A stretch of DNA of 64,000 nt from assembly GCF_964194155.1 (NCBI RefSeq), contig NC_135907.1, forward strand, positions 22,382,001 to 22,446,000, in the 5' to 3' direction. The position numbers were made by a program, and so were the translations under genes. The stretch comes from Cetorhinus maximus. Taxonomy: Eukaryota. The notes under the pieces were generated by a model. That model was given only the letters and a program-made list of their open reading frames with translations. It was not told the origin of the DNA and ran no database searches. Below are positions 24,461 to 36,224 of the stretch, in pieces (the first letter of the stretch is position 1; each line of letters starts with the position of its first letter).

Positions 24461-26062
24461 TGATCTGTTCACGCGTCATTCAAAGAAAACACCCAAGCTG
24501 CAAAACACATCAATAACAACTTGCTTTTATATAGCGCCTTTAACATAGTGAAGCATCCCAATGCACTGCATAGAGGTGTCATCAGCCAAAATCTGACATC
24601 ATAAATTTTGGCACTGAACCACATAAGTAGACATTAGAACATATAACCACAGCTTGGTCAAAGAGGTAGGTTTTAAGCAGTGTCTTAAAGGGAGAGGGAG
24701 AGATGGACAATCGCAGAGATTTGAGAGAATTCCAAAGCTAGGCAGCTACTTGGAAAAACAGTTATTGAGACTGATCCTTGAGTTGTGATACAGATCACAC
24801 GGATTTAACTGAATGGTGAAACAGGCTTGAGGGGCTGAATCTTTCTATGCCATCATTTGATCTGCATTCCTTCATTGTAATAGGGTTCCCGCTAATTCCT
24901 TTCTCTGTTTTCTTGAAGGCAGTGCTGTATGCTGGGATACGATTCCACAGAGTGTCAGGCATCTTTATTTCTGAACATTGGTCAGCTGTTCAGCTGTTGG
25001 GGCAGCACACAGCCAAGCCCAATGAAATTCTCACCGGACACGCTAGTCGCTAGATATTGACTGGGAGCAAGAACCCTTATGTAGGGTTATATAGGATAGA
25101 TGTTACTGATATAGGCCATTCTGCCCAAGCAGTCCATGCTGCTGTTTGTCCTTCACTCAAGCCTCCATTCCTCTCTCCCTCATTTGTTTGCCTAGATTCT
25201 CCTTAATTGCATCTACACCATTGGCTTCAACCGCTCTCTGTGGTCATGACAAATGCTCCTCCTCTCCATTCCAAGGAAGCGGAAATGTCCCTTGAGTGTT
25301 TATCAAGCATTCCTCTGTGCACCATGACAGTATGTTTGGTAAGATGAGTGTGCTGAAGAGGAAGTCTGATCATGTGAACTACCACATGATCCCAAGTGCC
25401 ATGAAAAGGGGAATTCCAATAAATCTACTGGTAATTGTCATTCTGGCATGGTTCCTGTTTCAAGTGGGAGTGAGGAGTAGTGGTTTTGAGTTGAATATTT
25501 TTCAATGGCCTTACACTTAGTGAATTGTGTCCTTAAGGGATGTGGCTGTCGCTGGCAAGACCAGCATTTATTGCCAATCCCTAATTACTCCTTGACAGCC
25601 ACCTTCTTGAACAGAACTGAGTGGCTTGCTAGGCCATTTAACAGCTGACCACACTGCTATGGGACTGGAGTCACATATAGACCAGGTTGGGTAAGGATGG
25701 CAGGTTTCCTTCTCCAAGGACATTAGTGAGCCAGACGGGTTTTTACACCAATAGTCAGTAATTTTGTGGCCATCATTACTGATGGTAGCCATTTTCTAAA
25801 TTCTAGAATGATTTAATTAATTGGATTTTAAACTCTCCAGACCCCATGATGGGATTTGAACTCATATCTGCAGATCAGATTAGTCCAGTCAGATTACTAG
25901 TCTGTAACATAATCCCTATACTCCTGTATTCTGATTGGGACTGACGTCCACAGCCCTTTGAATCCATAGTTTGATCCGGCTGGAAAAACATTCTACACAA
26001 AATGGCTGAGCCAGAGCTTCCTAACAAGTGTTTATTTCTATTTTTTATGAAAGCTAGGTATC

Positions 26063-26292
26063 TATGGTAATTGTAGCTTTAAGGGATGTAGCGATGCAGC
26101 TTTAAGACTTATTGTGTTGTATAGTATCATGAGACCGTGCGAATGAATCAGCTCTAAGCGCGGGGAACCTTAGCGTGGGAGTTCTTCTTCGAGTCGTGGA
26201 GCTCGATGGAAGCATGTAACTGCTGCTGCAGCCTGTAAATAAAGTTCAGTGTTTCTAATGAGAAACCTGTCTGGAAAGTCAAGTCCATAACA
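26063..26292 (+). mobile_element. Solo-LTR-like element related to 4527-4773
   Basis: Similar 5' end (tatggtaattgtagcttta), tgtaAATAAAg, ends ...ataACA; flanks GTATC/ATATC. Confidence 0.55.
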
Positions 26293-28005
26293 ATATCAAA
26301 CAGAATTTGCTTGAAAACAAACAACCAAATAATGAGGTACTAAGCCACAAAGGTCAAGAAAGGGCCTCAAATTTAATCCTTGGTTCTTTGCACAATTATC
26401 TGGTCTTAGCCAGATGGCAGTGAGGTGTGGGGTGAGGGGAGGTGCGTAGATGGGTGCTACAGTTTCCCCCACAGCAGCCACACCAGCAAGGACAAAATAA
26501 ATCTGTCAGGGCAATCAGTTCCAGGTCACTACCTAGTGATCAGGATGAGGAAAAGTGCCCCATGGACGCTCATTGGAGGCAGACAAGGCTGTATTAGGCC
26601 TTGATGCCCTCCCTATAGTGGAATAACTTGCTAAGATTCAGTGGGCACAGGAACCGGGAGGTTTTGCTGACACTGCTGCCCCAGCCCAGAAGCCGGGGGT
26701 GGTTTGGAGGGGGGGGGAGTTTTGTTTTAATTGCTTTTTTTGCTCAGCTTTTGTCATTTAAGGAGGTCAATTCTGCAAGAAGGTGCAACTGAGGTGATCA
26801 CCTTTCAGTGCAGAATTAGAGCTTTGCAGAAAAAAGTCATGCAATTTAGCCACCCACATTCAGCACTGAAAAATTCGGCATGTCTCAAAAGTGAGAAAGC
26901 AATTGTCAAAGCGGACCAGTGTCAGAGAATGGATGTTTACACTGTAATTCTCTCTCTCTCTCCTTCCCTGGTTGATATTGAACTTAGCAAAGATCAGCCT
27001 CAGTTACCATAACCCTCAGCAAGATGATATCAGCCTTGGAGGTGGGGGGGTAAAATGCAGATCCACCAGACTTACTCTGGGGCTAGTGAGGTTACACGAT
27101 GAGGACAGGTTGTGTCGACAGGGCTTGTGCTCCCTTAAGTATGGACGATTAACTAGGTGATCTAATTGAAAAATGATTGAAGTAAGTGATAGGAGAGATA
27201 GTGAGAAACTGTTTCTTTTAGTAGGGGAAGTCCAGGACAAGGGCGCAGGTCATTCAGGGGAGATATCAGGAAGTTCCATCTTTGTTTTTTTGCGTTATTC
27301 ATTTCTGGGGAATTAAATGTGTCCCAGCTATCACACTGAAGCTCAGAATTCCCGAGCACTCCACTATGTCAGTCTAAGTACGATGGGACCGACCGCCCGC
27401 CTTCAGCGTAGAGCAGGGGACCCTTACCCGCCCCAGATGCCCCAGGGGTTGGGGGGTTGATGGACGTTTACATAGGGCTGGCCAGCCAGATTATAAAAAA
27501 ACCTCATGTGCAGTGTGACTTCCCCTTTAAGAAGCTCCTTCCCTTTCAAGTGAAAACAATCATGCACAACAAATCTGAATCCACTTTTGGCGTGTAACGC
27601 TTTTGAATAATCTGTATCATTTTGCTTAGTGTGAGGATAAAGGGCTGAACGTTAGAGAAGTCAGCAGATTCCTCACACTGAAAACCCTCTCCCTCTTCAA
27701 TGGTCTAATCTCTACTTTTTAAAATGTGGGTAATAAATTCAAGTGAGGATCAAAGCACATGATCAGCTTTTTTTTTCTATGCTCCAATATAAGTTTCTGC
27801 AATTCACTTCCTCCTAGTAACACACTCCCAAATGGAGTGTCTCAGTACTGGGGGAATGCAGCAGTGTCAACAGTAGCTTCCTTGGAGTACACTCCTCACA
27901 AACAGTGGTTGACCTTGGAATCATCCCTGTAAAGTGACTCCTCTCACTACACTACCCTTACGTTATGAGATACACCACTGGTTACATAGAGTAGTTTCCT
28001 GAATA

Positions 28006-28640
28006 CTGTCCCATCAAAAACTCCCAGGACAGGTACAGCACGGGATTAAATACAGAATAAAGCTCCCTCTACATTGTCCCCATCAAACACTCCCAGGACA
28101 GGTACAGCACGGGATTAGATACAGAATAAAGCTCCCTCTACATTGTCCCCATCAAAAACTCCCAGGGCAGGTACAGCACGGGATTAGATACAGAATAAAG
28201 CTCCCTCTACACTGTCCCCATCAAAAACTCCCAGGACAGGTACAGCACGGGATTAGATACAGAATAAAGCTCCCTCTACACGATCCCATCAAAAACTCCC
28301 AGGACAGGTACAGCACGGGATTAGATACAGAATAAAGCTCCCTCTACATTGACCCCATCAAAAACTCCCAGGACAGGTACAGCACAGGGTTAGATACAGA
28401 GTAAAGCTCCCTCTACACTGTTCCCATCAAACACTCCCAGGGCGGGTACAGCACGGGGTTAGATACAGAGTAAAGCTCCCTCTACACTGTTCCCATCAAA
28501 CACTCCCAGGACAGGTACAGCACGGGGTTAGATACAGAGTAAAGCTCCCTCTACACTGTTCCCATCAAACACTCCCAGGACAGGTGCAGCACGGGGTTAG
28601 ATACAGAGTAAAGCTCCCTCGACACTGTGCCCATCAAACA
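28006..28640. repeat. About 69-bp minisatellite (ctgtccccatcaaacactcccaggacaggtacagcacggggttagatacagagtaaagctccctctaca), about 9 copies
   Basis: Direct tandem units with no unique spacers. Confidence 0.95.
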
Positions 28641-29299
28641 TTCAACATAAACTTAGGGCAACCCTTTTCTGAAGCAACTTCCCTTTTCATTCTGATTTAG
28701 ACCCATACCTGGCAGACGATTTCTCTTTGGGACTCTGTCTAATAACGTCTCCCTGAAGTTCTGCTCCCTTGACATTACAAACACCAACATTAATAGGCTG
28801 CTCCTCTCTCCCAAAAAAAATCCTTAATCCTGGTTAAGAGACCCATGGGTTTGCACCTGATAATAGAGGCTTCAATTCATTTTTTTATTCTGACACTTGT
28901 TTCATGCTTAGGAATGTCATAACATAGGAACAAGAGGAGGCCATTCAGCCCCTCAGACCTGCTTCCCAATCAATTTGATCCTGGCTGATTTGTATTAGCT
29001 TCATTTGCCCACCTTTGCTCTGTATCCTTCAATACCCATATTCAACATAAACCTATCCATCTCAGTCTTGAAAACTGACCCCCAATATCAACAGCTCGTT
29101 GGGAGGGGGTAGAGAGTTCCAGATTTTCACTCCTCTTTGTGTGAAGAAGTGCTTCCTGATATCACTCCTGAATGGTCTATCTCTCATTTTAAGGTCATAC
29201 ATCCTCGTTTTTGAGTTTCAAGCAAATAATTTCTCCATATCTTCTCTCTTGAATCCTTTTAGGAATACATCAATGATTTGGATGAGGAAACCAAGTTTC

Positions 29300-30226
29300 C
29301 AAGTTTGCTGATGACATAAAACTTGGTGGGAATGTGAGCGGTGAGGAGGAGGAGGTTAAGAGGCTTCAAGGTGATTTAGGCCGGTTGAGTGAGTGGGCAA
29401 ATACATGGCAGATGCAGTTTAACGTGGATAAGTGTGAAGTTATCCACTTTGGTAGGAAAAATAGAATGGCAGAGTATTATTTAAATGGTGATAGATTGGG
29501 AAACGTTGACATACAAAGGGACCTGGGTGTCCTTGTACATCAATCACTGAAAGCAAGCAGGAAGGTGCAGCAAGCAGTTAAGAAGGCAAATGGGACGTTG
29601 ACCTTCATTGTGAGAGGACTTGAGTACAGGAGCAAGGATGTCTTACTGCAGCTGTACAGGGTCTTGGTGAGACCACACCTGGAGTATTGCGTGCAGTTTT
29701 GGTCTCCTTACCTAAGAAAGGATACACTTGCCATAGAGGGAGTGCAGCAAAGGTTCACCAGACTGATTCCTGGGATGGCAGGATTGTTGTATGAGGAGAG
29801 ATTGGGCCAACTAGGCCTGTAATCACTGGAGTTTAGAAGAATGAGAGGGGATCTCATTGAAACATATAAAATTCTGACAGGGGTGGACAGACTGGATGCA
29901 GGGATGATATTTCCCCTGGCTTGGGGGGTGTCTAGAACAAGGGGTCACAGTCTCAGGATACGGGGTAGACCATTTAGGACTGAGATGAGGAGAAACTTCT
30001 TCACTCAGGGGGCGGTGACCCTGTGGAATTCTCGGGCACAGAGGCTGTGGCGGCCAAGTCACTGAATATATTTAAGGAGGAAATAGATTTCTGGACTCTA
30101 AAGGCGTCAAGGGGAGAGCGGGAGTACGGTGTTGAGATAGAGGATCAGCCATGATCATATTGAATGGTGCAGCAAGCTTGAAGGGCCGAATGGCCTACTC
30201 CTGCTCCTATTTTCTATGTTTCTATG
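29300..30226 (+). mobile_element. CR1 3' fragment starting at the RT FADD motif, beside an older minus-strand CR1 remnant (about 28920-29270)
   Basis: aagtttgctgatgac (KFADD), ORFs 29334..29822 and 29841..30065, ttctatgtttctatg tail. Confidence 0.92.
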
Positions 30227-30419
30227 AATATTCACCTCATCTAAACACATCAGAATACAAGTTTCTGCAAACAATCTTCCTAAATCAACACTCTCAGCCC
30301 CAGTATCACGCTGGTGAGAAACAGCTTGGCGCTCGATATCTGAAGCCTTCTGATTCCTTGTCCCTCCCTCTCTCTGTAACCACCTCCAGCCCCACAATTC
30401 TCTGGGATCTCTGTGCTCC

Positions 30420-30725
30420 CTAATTCTGTCTCTTGCCCATTCCGATTTTCATTGCACCCCACCCCCGCACAAACACTGGTGGATGCACCTTCAGCCGCCT
30501 GGATCCTAAGCTCCAGAATTCCCTCCCTATATCTCTCCGCCCCTCTCTCTCTCCTCTCCTTTAGCTCGCTCCTTAAAACCTACCTCACTGACCAAGCTTT
30601 AGGTCACCTGCCCCAATATTCCCACATGTGGCTTGGTTTTGTTTGTGTTTGGGAATTTCTCCCATGAAGCTTTAGGGACGGTTTCACCTTGTCAAAGGTG
30701 CTACATAAACGCAAGCTGCTGTTGT
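30420..30725 (+). mobile_element. L2-type LINE 3' remnant; similar remnants at about 1-140, 10311-11560(-), 23490-23740, 24515-24740(-), 33330-33540, 54170-54400, 61610-61850
   Basis: Recurrent ccttaaaacctacctc.ttgaccaagcttt.ggtcacctg...aaaggtgctat..aaatgcaag tail. Confidence 0.7.
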
Positions 30726-31599
30726 GGGTGAGGCTTGACATCAACGAGGAGCAGACTCATGCTGAAGCAGTCAGCTTTGCGCCTGGTCGCTTAGCAGGTG
30801 TTGCAATGAGTGCTTTTTAAATATAAGAAAAGAGCCATGGACTAACCCAAAGCTGCAAGTTTCCTCTTTGCAACCACAGGAAGTTGGCTGATGTAGGGAC
30901 AAGCGCTTTCTGTCACATTTCTGCACAAGAGGAAGTTTATTCTCTGCTGTTCAGCGAGCAGGAGTTCTAACGTTTTGTGTTTCTCCATTTGCGCGAGCAT
31001 CGCTGTTGGGTTTATTTTCGACACAGAGGCCGAGATTAAAAAAAAAAGTGTCGGAGACCTGAGGCGCACCTGCGCAGGGACCGCGTTTCTTATCCCGTGA
31101 TATTTTCCCATCGATTAGTGTTGGCAGTGGAAGTGGAAATAAAAAAAATTAGCATGGGTTGGGATGCCCCTTGAATCTTCGTTTCAATCAGGAAATGTCT
31201 TCATATTTCCTTTCCAACTCTATTAGATCTAACCAAGGGATAGCTGCTGGCTGAGATTCTGTTACAAGCTGTAATACGCTCCAAAGAGTTTTAAAGTTAC
31301 TGCCAACAGCATGACAGTCTATTTTGACGATCATAAATGTTAACTGTTACTCCCCTCGCCTCCCAAGAACGTTACAGTTAACATTTAGATCAATGCCCCT
31401 CACGCTTCTTACAGGAACAGGAGGAGGCCATTCAGTCCCTTGAGCCGAGTTCTGCCATTTAATTAGATCATAGCCGATTTGTATCTGAACTCCCTTTACC
31501 AGTTTTTGTTCACTATTCCTTGATATCCTGTCCCAACAAAAATCTATCATATCAGTAAGGAAATCTCCAATTGATCCCCAGTGTCCATAGCCTTTTTTT

Positions 31600-32470
31600 T
31601 TATTAATTCATGGGATTTAGGCGTTGCTGGCTATAGGCCAGCATTTATTGCCCATCCCTAATTGCCCCTTGAGAAGGTGGTGGTGAGCTGCCTTCTTGAA
31701 CCGCTGCAGTCCATGTGGTGTAGGTACACCCACAGCGCTGTTAGGGAGGATTTTGACCCAGCGACAGTGAAGGAACGGCCGATATATTTCCAAGTCAGGA
31801 TGGTGAGTGGCTTGGAGGGGAACTTGCAGGTGGTGGTGTTCCCATGCATCTGCTGCCCTTGTCCTGCTAGGTGGTAGAGTTCATGTGTTTGGAAGGTGCT
31901 GCCGAAGGAGCCTTGGTGAGTTCCTGCAGTGCATCTTGTAGATGGGTACACACTGCTGCCAGTGTGCGTCGGTGGTGGAGGGAGTGAATGTTGAATATGG
32001 TGGATGTAGTACAAAGGGTTAACAGATGGGATATACTGATAAATGACATAGATGATGATATGCTACTGACATTAGTCAGTAATGTGTTAAACTCTCTTGT
32101 GAGAGGTTGGAATCATGCCTAGGAGCAACATGCCTACTCTGTAACCTGTTTAGATATAGTACTAATAAACAAGTGTTAAGCAGATACCAGAGTATGTTTA
32201 CAGTCTGTCTAATAACCAAGTCCTACGCCTGGAGTCCAAGGTAGAAGGACTCATCCTGTAGATGGTATGCTGTTACTGTCTGTCGATGGTGGAGGGAGTG
32301 AATGTTTGTGGATGGGGTGCCAATCAAGCGGAGCTGCTTTGTCCTGGATGGTGTCGAGCTTCTTGAGTGTTGTGGGAGCTGCACTCACCCAGGAAAGTGG
32401 GGAGTATTCCATCACACTCCTGACTTGTGCTGTGTAGATGGTGGGCAGGCTTTGGGGAGTCAGGAGGCGA
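31600..32470 (-). mobile_element. Minus-strand fragments of the second LINE family, interrupted by an LTR-like insert
   Basis: Reverse complement of 22940-23470-type sequence; ORF 32251..32625 contains IYTAQVRSVMEYSP. Confidence 0.85.
32005..32228 (+). mobile_element. Solo-LTR-like insert within a LINE fragment
   Basis: Starts TGTAG, AATAAA at about 32164, flanks GTGGA/CTGGA; the LINE sequence breaks here. Confidence 0.5.
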
Positions 32471-33944
32471 GAGAAAGTTTGCCATTTCCACTGTCCTTTG
32501 TGTGAAAAAATGTTTAAACATAAGTTTGGGAATTCCAGGCTTAGGTGGCCAGGGGGACAGGGATGGTTAGGATTGTCAATTCTGGCCGAGCAAATCCCTG
32601 AAAGTGCCATCACATGACCTTTCACCTCAAACTATTCTGCTTGCCCACTCCCGCCATTGGTCCATCCTCTGGCTGCACCGCCTCCCATGGCCAATCAGAA
32701 AGTGACCAGACTCTTTGTTATCCAATTGGATCAGTCTTGAGTCTTGGTGAAAAAGCCGCTTTTGCCCCATTTCCAATATTTTTACAATGAATGAATGTTC
32801 AAAAAAAAAACAAGGAGAATAAGACAATTATTTTTAATGCCCCCCCCCTCTGTGATTTTCCTCCTGAATGTTGTGCTGGAGATTAATCTTCCAATCCTGG
32901 AGGGTTGGCAACTCAAGGAGGGGGCTGGGCGACAGAGACTTGTTTCGAGGTAGGGTACAGGAAGCAGAGTTTCGGGTGAGCTGAAGTTTAGGGATGCTGC
33001 AGGTTCGGTTTCTGGCTCACAATAGATTGGCATTGCTCATTAGCTATTGCCTTGGGATGTCTTTATCGCAACCTCCGACCCCTCAGCCCATTGAGCCACT
33101 CCTCCTGCCTTTTGCTTTCGTTCTCAGTGTTTTTGTCAGGTTGGAAGAGTCGTTGGTTTTCATTCCCAGTCTGACGGCGCCACCATCTGTTCGCTAGTTG
33201 GAGTTGCTGGAAATACCCACCAGGTCCACAGTCTTCAGTCCGTATGTGAAACGTTAAGCATTAAATGCTGTGTTTTTTCCCCCCAGCATTTTCTGGGTTT
33301 ATATACATTTTTCTGATGATTGGCACATCAGGCCTTAAGCTCTGGAGTTCTCTCCCTTAACGTTTTCACCTCTGCACCTCCTTTATCAACACACTCCTTA
33401 CAACCTGTGTCTTTGCCCAAACTTTCAATGGGTCCTCCCAGTAGCTCAGTGTCAATTTCTGTCTGATTACACTCCTGTGAAGCGCCTTGTTGCATTTTGC
33501 TACATTAAAGGTGCTATATCAATGCAAGCTGTTGTTGCTGCCACTACGGTCTCTCTTTCTCACACGACAAGAGACTTCAGCAGATGGGATGATGAGGTTC
33601 GGGTAGCACTGCCCAGGTCCTGGCCCCTGTGTTCGTGGCTCATCCACCTCATGGATCGATTTCTAGATACCAACGACATCGCCGGACACGGCGGGTAGTG
33701 CGGTAATGTGGCATTGAGGTGCATAGAAGATCAGCCAAGATCTAGCTAAATGGCAGAGCAAGCTCAAGGGGCCGAATGGCCTCCTATGTTCTTATAGATA
33801 TCCAGTCAGGAAGCTGCAGAGTCGGGAGGAAAATGCATGCTGCCGAGTATTCCTGTACCGTTCTAACCTCTGGTGGGTGTGTGTGATTTCAAGATGCAAA
33901 ACGTAGAGCCACTCCAAGTAATCTCAAACTCCGAAATCAATTTG

Positions 33945-34300
33945 GGGGAAGATGGTGGTGTACTGGCAGTGTCACGAGTAATCCAAAGGACCAGGCGAAT
34001 GTTATGAGGGGACATGGGTTCAAATCCCACCAAGGCAGCTGGTGGAACTTAAATTCAAGAAATAGATTGAACGCTAGTCTCAGCAATGCTGACCACAAAA
34101 CCATAATCGATTGTTGTAAAAACCCATCTGGTTCACGAGTGCCCTTTAGGGAAAGAAATCTGCCGTCCTTACCCGGTCTGGCCTACATGTGGCTCCAGAG
34201 CCAAAGCAATGTGGGTGACTCTTAACTGCCCCTCTGAAATGGCCACTCAGTTCAAGGGCAATTAGGGATGGGCAACAAATGCTGGCCTTGCCAGCGACAG
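33945..34300 (+). mobile_element. tRNA-derived SINE sharing its 3' tail with the second LINE family; other copies at about 25545-25920(-) and 48412-48745(-)
   Basis: B-box GGTTCAAATCC at about 34017; tail caagggcaattagggatgggcaacaaatgctggccttgccagcga nearly identical to 23408-23451. Confidence 0.8.
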
Positions 34301-34567
34301 GAAAGAATAAAGATGAAAAAGAATCAGTCAAAAAGTTGGAGCCATAATATTTAAAGTGGCACGTTGACCTCTCTTAGACTTAAAACTTGTGTCTTAAAGG
34401 ACAATCAAGTGGTTGTTCCTGGAGAAATTAAGTTGGGCTTAAGAACAGCTTTCGCCAACTATAACTATTGTGTATCTGGTTTTGTACATTGTCAGCGCGC
34501 TCAGCTTCTGAGTCAGGAGGTTGTGGGTTCAAGTCCCACTCCAGGAACTCGAGCATAAAGTTCTACA

Positions 34568-35130
34568 GGCCAGGATTTTTACCTTGTCGGGTCAGGGCCC
34601 GGGAGCGGTCGTGAAGCTGACCGCTGTCCGCGATCGGGCCCCGACATCCAATTAATGGCCGGCCGGCGTGAAACGCGCGCTGCGGCGGCGCTCAGAGCTG
34701 CCGGGGTGGGGGCGGGAGGGGGAGGCGAGTGTGGAAGTTCGGGCAGTGAAAGCTCCCAGAGGCAGCTCTGTGAAGGTTTACAAAATGAAAAATAAAAAAG
34801 TTAGCAATGTTTAAAAACATGTCCCCTCGTGCGATTCTGTCACATGAGCAGGGACATGTGATGGATGAAAACTAAAAAAATGTTTATTTTATTTTTATTT
34901 GCTGTTGTCCCGCCCGTGGATGAGGTTTCCTAAAATATCCAAAGGCCGCTTGGCCTTTTTGCCTGCCCGGCAACCATGAGGTAGGACGGGCAGTGAAAAA
35001 TTTCAGTCAATTATTACCTTAATGGCCTCATTAAGCCTGTTAATTGTCGGCGGGCGGGCACCCGCTGACTGAAATATCGCGTGTCACTTTATGCTCAAGC
35101 GGGTCGGGAGGGCGGCGCTAATTTCAGCCC
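34568..35130. mobile_element. Related GC-rich Harbinger-type MITE
   Basis: Termini GGCCAGGATTTT / AATTTCAGCCC, exact TSD ACA, internal similarity to 10608-11302; interrupts a SINE. Confidence 0.82.
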
Positions 35131-35239
35131 ACAGACACTCTGTGCAGTACTGAGAGAGTGCTGCACTGTTAGCAGTGCCGTCTTTTGAATGAGATATTAA
35201 TTCAAGGCACCACCTGCCTCCTCTCTCTTTTCGGCTACC

Positions 35240-35560
35240 GCAAGAGGGCGATGATGATCGAGGAGCTCCACGTTAATCTTGCTCTGGGGGGGGTGGATCA
35301 TCTTCGTTGGTAGCACATTCATCCAGTTTGCGAGGGTCTTTAGAAAGAGCGTTCGTTGTCTACCTCGATCCCTTTCACCATCGATCGTTCCCATTAGCAT
35401 CAGGCTTTCTACATCATGGTTTCTTATTACCCACCCAAGAAATTCCAACTGTCTCTTCCTGAACTTTCAATCAGTACCTTCTTTAGTCTTTAACGCTACC
35501 ACTAACGCTCCCTTTGTCTTGTGTCCACGACATCTTTGTCAAATTTCTCCTGAGCTCCCA
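35240..35560 (-). mobile_element. RTE-clade LINE 3' fragment
   Basis: ORF 35197..35448: FLGWVIR...ESLMLMGTIDGERDRGRQR, matching the RTE C-terminal G.IEG.R.RGR motif. Confidence 0.75.
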
Positions 35561-35574
35561 CCCAACGTTGACCT

Positions 35575-35712
35575 TTAAAACAGAACAAAATCCATCACAT
35601 TTCCACTTCTCTTCAGCTCTGAAGGAGAGTCACACGGACTCGAAACGTGGACTCTGTTTCTCCAGCCACAGGTGCTGCCAGGCCGGCTGAGTTTATCCGG
35701 CATTTTTCTGTT
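35575..35712 (+). mobile_element. Penelope pLTR remnant with a degenerate hammerhead
   Basis: ctCTGAAGGagagtcacacggactcGAAACgtg...gctgagtttatccggcattttt. Confidence 0.7.
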
Positions 35713-36224
35713 CTGAGCTCGCTTCCGTATGTCAACACGGGTGTGACTCCCAGGCTTCCCCATGATTCTCAGGCGGGCGTAAGAGATCTCGCAGCTGCCC
35801 TTTTAAAGAAGTGTAGGCATCTCGGGCCAATATTTATCCCTCAACCAACATCACCCAAACGGCTTATCCGGTCATCACGTTTGCTGTTTCTGGGGGTCTC
35901 GCTGTGGGGTAAACTTTTCCAGCATTTCCAACGTGACCCAACAGCAGTGACTGCAGTTCAAAAGCTACTTTACTGGCTGGACAGGGAGGTTGTGAAAGGC
36001 GCTACAGAAATGCAAGTCTTTTCCTATTTTTAAAAGGTGCTCCACCAATCTGAGCTGCTTCCACTGAGAATATTCCTGAAATCAGGGAGATGTTACAAAA
36101 GTCAAATAAAAAACAAAAATAAACCCCCTCCCCCCCTCTCCATCCCCCTCCCTCCCTCCCTCCCTCCCTTGGAGATGGAATTAGGCTGAGGAAAGAGGCT
36201 AGGCCTGAAGAGCTGGGTAGCTCG

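Noticed and set aside
28006-28640. CRISPR-like appearance of regular repeats (also 5968-6355 and 38533-39052)
   Set aside because: Units are contiguous with no unique spacers, there are no cas genes, and the context is a vertebrate genome.
33990-34560. tRNA genes suggested by GGTTCAAATCC / GGTTCAAGTCC B-boxes
   Set aside because: These are SINE heads continuing into SINE bodies; no complete cloverleaf.
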